Shown here: positions 31,001 to 42,980 of the stretch, one piece after another
Layout: each line of letters starts with the position of its first letter
Position numbering within the stretch: position 1 is the stretch's first letter
Notes under the pieces: generated by a model
What the model was told of the DNA's origin: nothing
Seen by the model: only the letters and a program-made list of their open reading frames with translations
Databases searched by the model: none
Assembly: GCF_006345805.1 (NCBI RefSeq)
Contig: NC_043026.1
Span: 7,936,001 to 8,000,000, forward strand
DNA: 64,000 bases
Direction of reading: 5' to 3'
From: Octopus sinensis
Taxonomy: Eukaryota
Made by a program: the position numbers and the translations under genes

Positions 31001-33495
31001 GATTTTACAAACACAGGGATATTAATTGTCTTAATTACTTCAACTTGATTATAATAATTGATGGCTAAAATGTCTAATTGTGATGGTTTATCACAATAAC
31101 AAACAATTTCACATTCACCCATCTTACACACCCGTACATAAGGCTGCCTTAATGATATACTTCTCACTGTCTTTGATAGGTTTCCGATGACCCTTAATTG
31201 TTTCTGTAGGGGTAATGTGACCCCTATATGATCAGAATCCCATCGACATATATCTGTGGCTGTAGACGGCAGAGGTAATCTGGACACAATGTCTCCTTCC
31301 TTAGAAATGTACAACAAGCAATCATGCTTGATGTCAGACACCACAAACTGTCCATTGGACAGATTACATATTTCGCCAATGACAAGTTTTTGGTCATTCT
31401 CTTTTTCTTTGAGTCGTAGATTTAGATTTCTGATATAAGGATTTTTCGTGTGTAAACAACAGCCAGACGACCAGTCTTGATTCTTGTAAAGAAGAACCCT
31501 GTTGATTTGAGTGTCCGGAACATAAAGAGTTCCTTGGAAAACAGCAATGTGAGGGTGAACAGGGAAAGGCAGTTCCCACTGCCATTTCATTTCTCCATAT
31601 AGATCGTAACATCTGAGAATAGAGTGTCTCTTGAAGAGGACATAGAAATAAACATTATCAGAGTAGATGTGATGAGGGTAGCCATAGAATGGAAGGTATT
31701 TTTGAAAAAGTTCTTCACCACATGTGGAATAAAATACCATTTTATTTTCGTTTCCATCTACGACTACAAAATTAATTGGAGTTGCAGCAATGCTGACATT
31801 ATGATGTCCCAGAGAAATTCTTTCTGCAATGTCAACTTTATCTTCGTTGATCAATAGGATATGGACCTCGATTTTGTTTTCAGTGGTGGTCACAGCCAGA
31901 CACTTATTTGATACAATATGACATATTTTGATGTAACCAGTTTGCACCTTTATTAAAGGGCCTTTTCTTAGTTCAGGACAGGTGATATACTGAAACCCTT
32001 TCATTTCACAATAAAATACCAGGAATCTGTTTGCGTTTATTCTACAACAGAAAGAAGGAAGCTCAAAGAAAACTGAATTATTTTGGTTAATTATTTCCCC
32101 ATTATCAGTGAATAATTTAGCTTTCTTGTTTTTGTAAATTATTAATATAGAAGATGTAGACATAGGTAGAATATTTGTAATGTTGTAGCAATCCTCAATA
32201 TCAATATAGTCTTTTAAACTGGGGGTATGTAGCTGGTGGTTGTATGACAGTTTGGGCCAAAAGTCTTTATTCATTTGAATACCATGTGGTTTGCCGCAAT
32301 AATCTGTAACCAAAATGGTATCTTTACCAACAGAAATAGAGTGGCATTTCCTGCCAATGTCCCTCCTTGTTACACCACCTTTAGCTGAAATCCTATAAAT
32401 TATTTGTCCCTGGAGGACATAGAAATAATTTTGGTACAGAGAGATTTTACTTGGGAGGTGCAGAGAATGGGTCTCTACCTCCCATAACTGTTGGCCATCC
32501 AGTTTGTAACAGATTACTCTGTTGATGCTGGCGAATGTAATTACAAGTATATTCTGGACCCCTACAGCAATATCTGTAGGTGTTTCTTTGGTAATAAATT
32601 GATAGTTAATGGTATTATCCTCCCAATCAAATTGGTAAACTGTCTTACCAAACATTTCTACACCTATAAGTGTAGAATCTTCCAAGTAACTCACCATATA
32701 TAACCCCAACTTTATCCTTTTGATCTTGAAGGTTTTGGGGCTGATAATAAGAATCATTTCTTGGAAGGGGAGGGTTGCCAGAACCATGTCTTCACTGATT
32801 CTTGTGAAACTGGTCACAGAAGATGGACAATGGACATCAATTCTGTCACTGTCTCTTGTTACTAAATTTATTATCTTATAATGGTGGGAATATGTCATCA
32901 CTCCCTCCTCTATGATGACAATATTGGATATTATTGGGATTTCTTCAAATTCTTCTCCAGATTCCTCAATATCTGCTTCTCTGGTCACAACTGGCTGAAG
33001 AGGCCGAAATTTTGTGGTCACTTTTGGTGGTTCAATGTTCTTGTGGTTGTATGGGTTACAGGTGACATAAATGTCAAAGAGTCTTTGTTGAAACCAATCA
33101 AGGTTTTGGTGAACAAAATCATTATTTTGTTTTGCAATTTCCAGAAATCTTGGCATTTTACGTTTGATATTACGTAAAATTCGAGATCCATCTAAACCCA
33201 GAGAGTCCATGTGATTACATTTATCCTTTACATAATCTATAAACGTATTGATGTGGTCTGTTTTGATTAGTGTTCGGTAACATGTCACAATATGAAGATA
33301 TCTTGGTAACATGGACTTTTCCTGTTCTTTAGATTTCTTTGTGTCTTTTCTTTCCTGTTCTTCTGTTTTCTTTGTGTTTTGTGTGTGTAATATTTGGGGA
33401 AGAATTGGTGTAGTTTCCTTATAAATTGCTGTTGTATCACAGACTGTGGCAGGAATGAGAGCCAACATTTTGTTTTCTTCATTAATCTTCTCCAT
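28099..33495 (-). CDS. 1798-aa single-ORF protein: N-terminal helical/charged region, acidic linker, then about six tandem NHL/SMP-30-like beta-propeller domains (similar to mollusc TRIM-like propeller proteins, but no RING or B-box visible)
   Basis: 5.4-kb ORF with no stop in repeat-rich AT-rich DNA; the motif P/A-x-D/S-I-C-R-W-x4-hydrophobic-V-T-L-P recurs about every 260-290 aa (SVTSFTRISEDMVLATLP, LPSFCCRINANRFLVFY, TATDICRWDSDHIGVTLP, YIKMCRWQSNTLVIT, VGGVCFTQESHIMATVP, PLDICRWTDECFIVAF); paralog at 53034-58133; no signal peptide or TM segment evident. Confidence 0.85.
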   Translation of the reverse strand: MEKINEENKMLALIPATVCDTTAIYKETTPILPQILHTQNTKKTEEQERKDTKKSKEQEKSMLPRYLHIVTCYRTLIKTDHINTFIDYVKDKCNHMDSLGLDGSRILRNIKRKMPRFLEIAKQNNDFVHQNLDWFQQRLFDIYVTCNPYNHKNIEPPKVTTKFRPLQPVVTREADIEESGEEFEEIPIISNIVIIEEGVMTYSHHYKIINLVTRDSDRIDVHCPSSVTSFTRISEDMVLATLPFQEMILIISPKTFKIKRIKLGLYMVSYLEDSTLIGVEMFGKTVYQFDWEDNTINYQFITKETPTDIAVGVQNILVITFASINRVICYKLDGQQLWEVETHSLHLPSKISLYQNYFYVLQGQIIYRISAKGGVTRRDIGRKCHSISVGKDTILVTDYCGKPHGIQMNKDFWPKLSYNHQLHTPSLKDYIDIEDCYNITNILPMSTSSILIIYKNKKAKLFTDNGEIINQNNSVFFELPSFCCRINANRFLVFYCEMKGFQYITCPELRKGPLIKVQTGYIKICHIVSNKCLAVTTTENKIEVHILLINEDKVDIAERISLGHHNVSIAATPINFVVVDGNENKMVFYSTCGEELFQKYLPFYGYPHHIYSDNVYFYVLFKRHSILRCYDLYGEMKWQWELPFPVHPHIAVFQGTLYVPDTQINRVLLYKNQDWSSGCCLHTKNPYIRNLNLRLKEKENDQKLVIGEICNLSNGQFVVSDIKHDCLLYISKEGDIVSRLPLPSTATDICRWDSDHIGVTLPLQKQLRVIGNLSKTVRSISLRQPYVRVCKMGECEIVCYCDKPSQLDILAINYYNQVEVIKTINIPVFVKSLSIDKKTEKLLIVTRGKAFQYNTRIGGGGHGSRQMVPSVLMSQVKHPLSLQGGSIDQTFVYLVDRSRMFTINDQNLLVNDLVTNNQLNYYIDLVDVFSRNISVSEMLSSTLYLQDLTVSDKARHIPLPQSLGDEGLLRINRLVLTGNNLIARWDSRSESIKIFTFDGQLLNSIKFNVYNYIKMCRWQSNTLVITTGDYFDDNKYQLLTLKVEFPLSLVIYQTRSNYKCVASLSNNQLVCSKLRDGGHLYFVDIDEIHSSVEEIEQIDIPEPLLTMDKDDGRKYINDIEDIKVTAEDVIIVFNKRFIIFFNSGGQYLHSVRHYMGYGIDDDDRMTIDDSYLYVYIRWNKYLGMNRYKNIFCLTQKGEYNRIFLNKRIYKDEVLFSSIDCKGPRFVGSLGKWGRENELYVEGLFMVNRDSFPVARLQTDECPVQVKDFDVSEEGKTVVCEKANNGNVKIFDEDGQLLCHRNVASLVGGVCFTQESHIMATVPKREEIFQLNGEDLQTSQVWSSLIPYGVIGRKVAGIYWCVHNELIEYHCIKIDGDQVNILESVSLLNLDSGLRFPSITSETNKEIFSNELINKLEYRGRDGEGGRRGKSGEIIGKGRLKVRCGNYIAEINNSGIDEISVRRLPYRTAMVPFSIPAFKEPVNYDFMDIRDWNSKLIKLDENVSVLMFRGSVTLIRTTTTTVDILQHEQQQRPPLDICRWTDECFIVAFGREMRVFNRDLRRLKTISTEKYYNRIYKYNDNQLVCGGHYIRDITQEERDKKYQRRRYNNKDYYYCIDPDIFDPYYVDVVDIKDGKCKDEVCRGKMGRYGRLEGDAGVDGVGVTSFGDVVVVRWEDGLELDDFCFVEWFREKLLVRRIRIKGIYISKGFYIPRPRLTKISECVYITDRDNNIFQIPGHIEEETSEDIEILISEDNPKYLLLRWDDNEVFVVLGFDISDNSFIVFGIIPGLQSFAFFYYDK

Positions 33496-35929
33496 TTTAT
33501 GAATATAGAATTATTATCTTTTTCTGTTAAATATATTATTTTCTGTGGATTTTGTTTTCTTCCTTTCGAATACAATTTATCTCTTCAAAATTCACTAATT
33601 TTTACAGCAAAGCTGAAATAAAATGAAAACTTTATTAGTTTTGTGAAAAGCTTTTGATAAAATGATATTTACTTGATTCATTCAAAGAATTTCAAGGAAA
33701 AAACACATTTCATTAAATATATTAAACAAATTGTTTATTTGACAGTGAAGTTAAACATTTAAACTGTTTTCAATGGAATAATCATTAGAAATAAAACTTG
33801 AAGATATAAATACACCATTATCTTTATTGACTGAATATAAGTGATGGTGAAAAGTTTTGTAGTAAGAAGGAATATAAATATTTTGTTGAGGTTATTTCTA
33901 CAGATATTATCGGTAGAAATTATAACAAGGACTGATTTCCTGCTACAACATTTCATATCGAAATGTCAGACGGAAACAAACAATGAGATCAAAGAGAAAA
34001 ACATCTGTTGTTTGTTCTCATTGTTTATCTCATTGTTTGTTTACATCTGACATCTCGATAGGAAACGTTTTAGCAAGAAATCAGAGCCAACTATAATTTC
34101 TATGGAATATCAATAGAATAATGTGAAAAACACTGCTAACAAAGTAGAATGTGTTGTTGACTTCTAAAACGATTTAATATATTTTACAGGAATTTATGGT
34201 TGCATAATGAAATACCACGTCCCTACAAATCAGGAATATAAGTATTATTAATAATTATATGCACTGGAAATGATGTGACAGTCATGGTTGGCTTGGTTTC
34301 CGTCATATTTACCTGGATTCACAGATACCAATAAAGCTGGAGATGAAACTGTTCTTAACCTGACAAATGCTGTAAATCTCTCGACATTTCAATATAATCC
34401 ACACAATTATCATACACAACATTGATTAACTCGGAAAGCTTATCCAAAGATGGGCTTTCATATAATCACACTGATAGACAGCATGTTGAGAGGATCGTTA
34501 TTATTTGTTGCTGATTGAGATTAATAAAGATTGGTTAATGAATAAGCCCAATTAATGGAAGGTAGGTTCATCTTAATTATCTTTAATATAAGGGACAATG
34601 TTTGGGTAGCAATGAGAAAGATGTGTTTGTATGAAAAAGGGGTTTGACAGGTGAAGTGTGTTTTGTTTTGTGTCAGGTGAGGAGTTATAACTTGGTGTAG
34701 TTTATTATGAAGTATTGGGGGTTTAATGAGGTGGATTAGGTAATATTGGTGGGGGTGTTTAATGACATTCTGGTGACCCATCATTATCAGAATGATCCTC
34801 CACCGCCTCCTTGGTCTATGAAATAATGACTGTTACTCTATTGACCCCAGGAGGAATGAAAAATAAAAGAGACCTTCTTCAGGATGTCAGCTCTTTGAAT
34901 AAACATGGACTAAACAACAACATATTTTTGGGGAAAAGCTGGATAAGGCTATGTTGTTGTTATTGCTGTTGTTGTAGGCAACAAAGTTTATAAAGAGAAA
35001 AGCAGATAATTGCAAATATTTCTATTGTAAAATTAAATTGGAATGAATGTTTATGTTTCATTTGTGCCATTCTACTTGGTTTATTTTGGGGAAGAAAAAC
35101 CTACAAAACCCCTCATAATAATTATATTAGACTTTAATCTAATTGTGTTTGTATTTATATACACATGCATACATATATATGAATGAATGTGTATAATATA
35201 TAGACAAAGAAAGATGCACATATGTATATTTATACATCCATACATCTGTATGTATGTATAATCATCATCATTTTACCCCCACTTTTCATGCTGGAATCCG
35301 TTGGAAGGTTCAGAGAATATCTTGCCTGAAGTTACATTTTCTGGTTTTCTTTCTGCAGCTGGATGCTCTTCCTGACACCAACCACTGCACAATGTGCACT
35401 GGGTGCATCTTATGGCACCGTCACTAGAGACGACCGCCATGTCCTTGACAAAACTAAAGGTTCCCCTCAATCTCTGGGTGTGACATATACCTTGGGATGG
35501 GTGAGAGATCTAGGGTAATAAATATATGAAAAGGAGTGGCTGAGTGTTGGGGAGAGACCCAGGTAGGTCCAGTAACATCCCTAGTTTCATTGGAAGAATG
35601 GTGAAGAGAAGAGATTTACTGCCAATCTTTGTTACAGCAGTAAGATAGTAGAGTAAAAAGAAGAAGAGAGAGTGATTGAGAGATGAAAGATAGAAAGATA
35701 CTTCTGCTAATTATTAATAAGTATATATATATATATATATATACATACATACATACATACATACATACACATATATAGACAGACACATTTTGAATGACTT
35801 CTGACTCCATCAAAAGAGGATAGGTATCTTTATTTTTCACATTTAATCACAGATATCTTTATTCTGATGTATAATTTTATATTTTATATTTGACATTTTA
35901 TACTTGACTTTCTAAGTTTGATAATCATC

Positions 35930-36275
35930 ATCATCATCGTCATCATCGTTTAACGTCCGTTCTCCATGCTAACATGGGTTGGACGGTTCGACCAGGGATC
36001 TGGGAAGCCAGAAGGCTGCACCAGGCTCCAGTCTTATCTGGCAATGTTTCTACAGCTGGATACCCTTCCTAACGCCAACCACTCCGTGAGTGTAGTGGGT
36101 GCTTTTTACGTGCCACCTGCACAGGTGCCAGGCGAGGCTAGCAACGGCCACGGTCGGATTGGTGTATTTTATGTGCCACCGGCACGGAAGCCAGTCGAGG
36201 CGGCGCTGGCATCGGCCACGAGTCGGATAGTGCTTTTTACGTACCACCAGACCAGGGATCCTGGCTGGTTCATGC
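35930..36275 (-). mobile_element. RTE 3' UTR/tail-only copy
   Basis: (CAT)n-CGTTTAACGTCCG...CATGGGTTGGACGG...GTGCTTTTTACGTGCCACC. Confidence 0.85.
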
Positions 36276-36452
36276 TAATTTATATTTATATTTTATAATC
36301 TATAATTTTTAATTCTTAATTTTGTAAAGTTTAATTTTTTAATTTTATAATTTTAATGTTTAATTTAATGCTTAGTTTTAAGGTGATGTAAAATTAGGTT
36401 AACAATATTTTGAAAAAGAACCTGAAGATGGTAGGATTGTAAATCTTATGAT

Positions 36453-36486
<34 letters not shown>

Positions 36487-36523
36487 ACACACACACACAC
36501 ACACACACTCACACACATATATC

Positions 36524-37212
36524 ATTACATGGAAATATGTGAGCATGAAAAGTAATATTCTTAAGATTATAAACCTGGAAAAATACAGGACAAGTTATTA
36601 CACCTGTAAAAGTTTAGGACAAGTTATTACACCTGTAAAAGTTTAGGACAAGTTATTACACCTGTAAAAGTTTAGGACAAGCTATTACTTCAAGTAAAGA
36701 ATAAGAAACTTTTTAATTAAAATATTGCAGCAAGAATTCCAGTTCTTCTAATTTACCATTCTTTACAGTTCTCATCTTTTAAATTTATTGTACAAAACTG
36801 TTCAGCTAATTTGTAAGTTTGTCTAATTAGTCACTTTTTTCTGTATTTAAGGTAGTAAATTAGCTAAATTCTACTTAAATAAGTATAGTGTTATTTGTAA
36901 ACTATAATAAAATAAGTTTTAATATTCAAATTTTTATTTTAGCTGCAATATTTTAAGTAAAACATTTCTTAATCTTTACTTTATTTGAAGTAATAGCTTG
37001 TCCTAAACTTTTACAGGTGTAATAGCTTGTCCTAAACTTTTACAGGTGTAATAGCTTGTCCTAAACTTTTACAGGTGTAATAGCTTGTCCTAAATTTTTA
37101 CAGGTGTAATAGCTTATCCTAAACTTTTACAGGTGTAATAACTTGTCCTGTACTTTTCCAGGTTTATAATCTTGAGAATATTACTTTTCATGCTCACATT
37201 TTTCCATGTAAT
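36524..37212. mobile_element. Foldback element with long TIRs that contain internal 29-bp tandem repeats
   Basis: Left arm 36524-36731 and right arm 36942-37212 are reverse complements; unit GGACAAGTTATTACACCTGTAAAAGTTTA occurs about 3 times on the left and 5 times on the right. Confidence 0.85.
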
Positions 37213-39842
37213 CCATGATTTTTCCAGGCATTGCTCTTATAAGATAATTAATGATGTGTCAATTAATAATTTAGGATTTTACCTTATAAAATACTGGGTA
37301 GGGGCATACATTGACTGCTATTTTTAGCGTGTTGAGCGACCAGATAGAGGCTCTTTTATTGGTTTGATTGCGGGATGAGATTTTTTTTTCAATCTATGTA
37401 TAATATTTATATATATATCATCGGCAGAAGTTAGAAAGTAAGTCAAGAGCTGAGAGTTTCGTGTATTGGCGCTTATCAAACACAAATTTGTCCATTGTCA
37501 CCCAGTAACTTGTGACGAAATAACTTCTAAAATACAAAATTTTGTCAGAAACGTTAAGAGTAAACCCTGTTGTATGTGACACATTCTACCAGTATTGGAA
37601 GTTTGAAAGTGTTTAGTTAAAAAAAAATTAATTAAATAATCTGGACGTCAAATTGAATAGATCCGAAATGGATAAAAAGCAAAGTCGACCTCAGTGGAAT
37701 TTGAACTCAAAATGTAAACAAAGGCGAAATACCCGTAAGCATTTCGCCCTGTGCTAATGTTTCTGCCAGCTCACTCCCTTGGAACAGAAACATTCATTTT
37801 ATGAATTTATTCTTTAATATTCTTATAGCCGAAGCATTACTTCCTTCTCTCTTACTGACACAAAATTTCCTGGCATTTCACCCCATGACTTTTCTTCTAC
37901 GAATTTTTGTTCAGTGCAACTAACGACTCTGAATTCCTCATACATTTTTCTCTCATTTAAGCCTTAGAAAAGTATACTTTTATTTTAAAATTAAAAAGTT
38001 TACGTTAATTGAAGGTGAATAGGTGCCTTACTGCCCCCCACCCCTCTATAGGTCGCAGATATTTTGATGTAACTTTTTCTCCACTGAACCAAATCTAAAA
38101 CTATTTATGCCAAAGTGTAGCCGAGGAGGTGTCCTCTTTAAGACTGTTAACAGTTGGCAATTTAGTTGAGAACTGAATTAGTGGTGAAGCTTGGAAGCTG
38201 CTGCGATTGACGGAATGGTGAACTTAAGAATATATTCAACCACTACCATGGTTGAATGATAACCTTCCAATACTGAAACACGTGTAGTTCATTCCTAATG
38301 ACAATTTTAACTTCAGTAGGAGGTAATTAAGGAAGTATATTGTATATCCTGCCGGTGTACTACTGGTTTCATCCTTAAAGTATTACTTCTTGATGTGCAT
38401 ACAATCTGACCCTACTATACTGTGTAGTCGACAAAATCAAAAACAACCAACCAATGTGTGTGTACGAAATTAGAAATATAAAAGAGCGACAATTTACCCA
38501 TCGCAGCCTGTATGTGACGAGTGTGTGCATATATGATAATACAAATAAGTTATAAAACATATGGAAGCAGCTATTTTCCACATGAGATGTGTTAAGACAG
38601 AGCTCAATAAATATGCAATGAATTCCTGTTGGGATCGATAATATAATGAAAGATAATGATGTCCAAAACTGATGGACATGAGAAATTAAAACCATGAGAA
38701 ACATTTTAAGGTGAAAACAAACCTTACCGTCCCGTACCAAATCCTTGCTCCACGTCACACCTCCTTGCTACTCCACCACCACCATACTTCTCCACATTGG
38801 TCCTCCCCATCCCGTTACACAACCCTCTTCTCTGGATGTGTGTGGTTGGGTGTGAGAAAGAGAGAGAGAGAGAGAGTACATGCTTATACACACAACTATT
38901 TGAATGTATATGCGTATGAATAATACGTGTGTGTGTGTGTGTGTTGGCTGTATATGAGTAAGTATGTAGTTGTGTTGAGTCGTGTCTGGTGCTTGGTAAC
39001 AAAGCATACAGTTTGGCTGTCTGCAGTTTGTTAGGCCAGAGAAGATATTAGCTTGCTTGGAAATAGAGCATCTATCCATAGAAAAAACTGCCTCAATGAA
39101 GTCTCAGTTGACCGGGGGAAGCAGAGAAAAAGTGACCCTTAAACACGATCGTGCGCATGTATATATTTAATACCCTTTCTTGGGGCTCTGAACAACTAAT
39201 GGAGTTGAAAGAGTATCCATGGGACATACAGGGTGTTTAGGGTGTTTTAAATCTGGAAGATCCCTTCTCTCTACATGCGTAACCCCTGTCAATGTCTTCC
39301 ACGGAGAAAGAAAGAAGTAGTTGAGGAGGAAGTGGAAGAACAACGATGACAAATCTTTTGTCTCCTGTGAAAATATACAGAGTGTATCAAATACATATTT
39401 GAGAGTCTGCATAATGATGGGAGGAAATAAATACAAACGTGAATGTGACTGTGTGTGCATGAATATAAGCATTCTTTTATTCTTTTCTATGTACGATGGG
39501 CTTCTTTCAGTTTCCGTCTACCAAATCCATTCACAAGGCTTTGGTTGGCCCGAGGCTATAGTAGGAGACACTTGCCCAAGGTGCCACACAGTGGGACTGA
39601 ACCCAGAACAACGTGGTTGCATAATGCAGGGAAACGGTCGTATAATCAAGTACCTGCATACCTGAAGAACTACATTGCGCAGAAACAATTGTAGTGAATG
39701 AAAAGAAATGTCCAACCATATTTCTTCTTGTTGATCCCAATTTTTTTTTTCAATTACATATTCACGCACAACAGATGCCCAAACGCAAACCTGGAAGTAC
39801 GTTTAATATTACTACTGGATAAGGAGTTGCTAACAGAATATA

Positions 39843-39886
<44 letters not shown>

Positions 39887-40397
39887 GATAGCCAGACAGA
39901 CAGATAGATATAGATATAGTTCCCGTCATTCAAACATACTGTAAATGTGTTAGTACTCTCAATTCAATTAAAATATCTGGTATATTTCCTAACCTAGCAG
40001 TTCGACAATTAGATACAGTTAAAATATTTACCAGACTGAAAAAGTAATACTACAGTTATCCTAAGGTATTTACTCTGGGTTCAAATCCTGGCAAGGTTTA
40101 ATAGCTTCTCGTGTATAATATACTGCTTGAAAATAAAATAATTTTCTGTAGAAGAGCATATTTATGTTTGAAATAGGTCTAATGAATATTTAACAAAGTA
40201 AATGCGTTACTAAATTGTTAATTAAAATAATTATCACAAGAGGACTTACCAAAGTCAATAATTGCGTTTGAATCTCAGCCTGAAGTCTTGGCCTCTGAGT
40301 TCAGTTCGTTCAAAGTGTAGCAAAAATGTAAAAAGAAAAATCACAAGTCACGAGGCAGGAAAAAGTGGGCGTTAACGGCTCGAGTGTGTGTGTATAG

Positions 40398-40442
<45 letters not shown>

Positions 40443-40574
40443 GTAGTGTGTGTGTGTAGTGTGAAACTAGCACACAATCTGTTATGTATTTGATCATGTA
40501 GACAAATGGCAAGTCCTTGACACCAATTATTCTAACAGTGAATGCCAGGAATGTGTGTGTGTTTAGGTGTATGT

Positions 40575-40622
<48 letters not shown>

Positions 40623-40807
40623 CTGTGTGTATACCCATATATATGTGTGTGTGTGTGTGTTTGTGAGTGTACTAGGTTCCCGCTAGAGGTACAAAAAGAA
40701 ACATACTCAGAAACACACATACGGACACATATATAAACGTACATACATTTATCTATCTGTGCGTAGATAGATGCATAATATATATGATTATACATAATAC
40801 ACACACA

Positions 40808-40855
<48 letters not shown>

Positions 40856-40969
40856 TAATGTGTGTGTGTCTGCTAGGGTATATGTATGCCATTTGTGTAT
40901 GTGTGTATACGCACACACACACACACACCCATACACACACACAAATATACACACATATATATAAATAAT

Positions 40970-41305
40970 AGGCACAGCGTGGCTGTGTGTTAAGAAGCTT
41001 GCTTCCCACCCACATGGCTCTGGGTTCAATCCCATTGAACACAGAGTGTCTTCTACTATCGCTTTAGGTTGACCAAAGCCTTGTCAGTGGATCGGGTAGA
41101 TGGAAACTGAAAAGAAGCCCGTCATATATATATATATATTCATCTGTTGGTGTGTTTACATTCCTGTAACTTAGCGGTTTGACAAAGGACACCAATAGAA
41201 AAACTACCAGGCTTACAAAGAATAAGTCCTGGAATTGCTTTGTTCGATTAAAGGCAGTACTCCAGTTTGGCCACAGTCAAATGACTGACACAAGTAAAAG
41301 AATAA
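40970..41305 (+). mobile_element. tRNA-derived SINE (family B), decayed
   Basis: GGCTGTGTGTTAAGAAGCTTGC...GGGTTCAATCCC head and GGCCACAGTCAAATGACTGACACAAG tail. Confidence 0.85.
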
Positions 41306-41454
41306 AGGAGTATAAATATATGTGTGTGTGTGTGGTGTGTGTTTAAACAAAATGATTAATTTTGATAAAAATTATTAACTATAAGGTTTTTATTCTCATA
41401 CTGGCCACTTGATGTGATCGGTATTTTAGATAACAATCTGAACTTGATATATAA

Positions 41455-41502
<48 letters not shown>

Positions 41503-41509
41503 AAAACAA

Positions 41510-42170
41510 TTTTGTTGGCATCCTTTCTGTCTCGGGAGACAATGGAGTTGCGCATTTTTTTTTTTTTTTTCCTAGGTCTAGTTTGGCTGTTATATTTTAT
41601 TTCCTGTTACATTTCTTGCTGTGGCTGTGTAGTCCTATCCTGGACAAACACTCCCTCTGGCAGGTACTGCAAATGTAGCGAAGACTGTTCCTGGCTGATT
41701 GTAGTGCCATGGTCTCTTGTTTACGTCTCTTCCTTTCTTTCCATTTCTCCTCTCTCTCTCTCTGTCACTCCTTTGTATACCCTCTTTTACTGTACGTCGC
41801 CATTCTCCACGGTTGCCGGCGACTGCCTCCCAACCGCTAATGTTGATGTTGCAGGCCTTCATATCCCTTTTGCAAACATCCTTGTAACGCAAGATCGGTC
41901 TACCCACAGACCTAGTACCCCTAGCAAGCTCTCCGTAGAGTATGTCCTTGGGGATTCTGCCATCTTTCATACGGCTAACATGCCCAAGCCATCTCATACG
42001 TCTTTGTGTGAGGAGTGCAAACATGCTTGGTATTCCTGCTTGCCTGAGGACATCTTTGTTGGGGATATGATTCTACCATTTGATGCGGAGGATTTTTCGG
42101 AGGCAGCGCAGGTGAAAGATGTTTAGGCGACGCTCTTGGCGTGTGTATAGCGTCCAGGTCTCATTCAAGT
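41510..42170 (-). mobile_element. RTE/BovB-like LINE 3' fragment (different family from the main RTE)
   Basis: ORF 41635-42024 RRMRWLGHVSRM.DGRIPKDILYGEL...GRP.LRYKDVCKRDMK. Confidence 0.85.
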
Positions 42171-42260
42171 TAGTTCTAATGAATTCACTTGAATGCGGTA
42201 CTTAACTTAGGTGCACCAGAAAAACTATATGGTATTAACCATACAATAATGTCGGGTGAT

Positions 42261-42901
42261 TATAAACGAGAGAAAAGCAACAAGAATGGATTAGTTTTTT
42301 AGTACAATTGTTTCATACAAAGACAGGCTTTATTAAAAGCTGCAAATATTGCAGCAAATATAAGTGTCCCGTACTCATCAGCTAACACATATGAGTTCTC
42401 CAAACATCTTAGTGGGTGAGGCTACACTCATGAAGTATCGGAGAGAAAAAAAGCAAATTCAGGTTGTAAGCGGACTTCCAAAGTTTTATAATGATGACGC
42501 ACAGTTCTATCACAGGTTTTAAAAAAGCTTATTAGCTTCACAGAGAAGGTGAATCAATCCATAATGTAGGTGCAAATTTCCAGAGATATGATGAGATATT
42601 TCATACTCACAGACGATGAATCTATCCATGATCAATCCACAATGAGGTGGGTATAATTTCATGCTATATGACAAGATACTTGTCACACTACTGTTCTCTT
42701 CACAAAACTGCCATGTTAGTATTCTCCGATACTTCATGAGTGTAGCCTCACCAACTAAGATGTTTGGAGAACTCATATGTGTTTTAGCTGATGAGTACGG
42801 GACACTTATATTTGCTGCAATATTTGCAGCTTTTAATAAAGCCTGTCTTTGTATGAAACAATTGTACTAAAAAACTAATCCATTCTTGTTGCTTTTCTCT
42901 C

Positions 42902-42908
<7 letters not shown>
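42261..42908. repeat. Long inverted repeat/foldback, near-perfect arms about 186 bp, spacer about 275 bp
   Basis: TATAAACGAGAGAAAAGCAAC...TATCGGAGA mirrored by TCTCCGATA...GTTGCTTTTCTCTCGTTTATA. Confidence 0.9.

Positions 42909-42980
<72 letters not shown>

Noticed and set aside
28288-33177. Short plus-strand ORFs overlapping the propeller gene (and those at 53223-57930)
   Set aside because: Antisense shadows of the long minus-strand ORF; no independent motifs
38731-38831. Possible small minus-strand exon (CCAG acceptor, CG|GTAAG donor)
   Set aside because: Splice-like signals exist, but there is no recognisable peptide or partner exon; such motifs occur by chance
41512-42126. 204-aa hydrophobic plus-strand ORF as a membrane protein
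   Set aside because: Antisense to the BovB-like RTE C-terminus and starts in a poly-T tract
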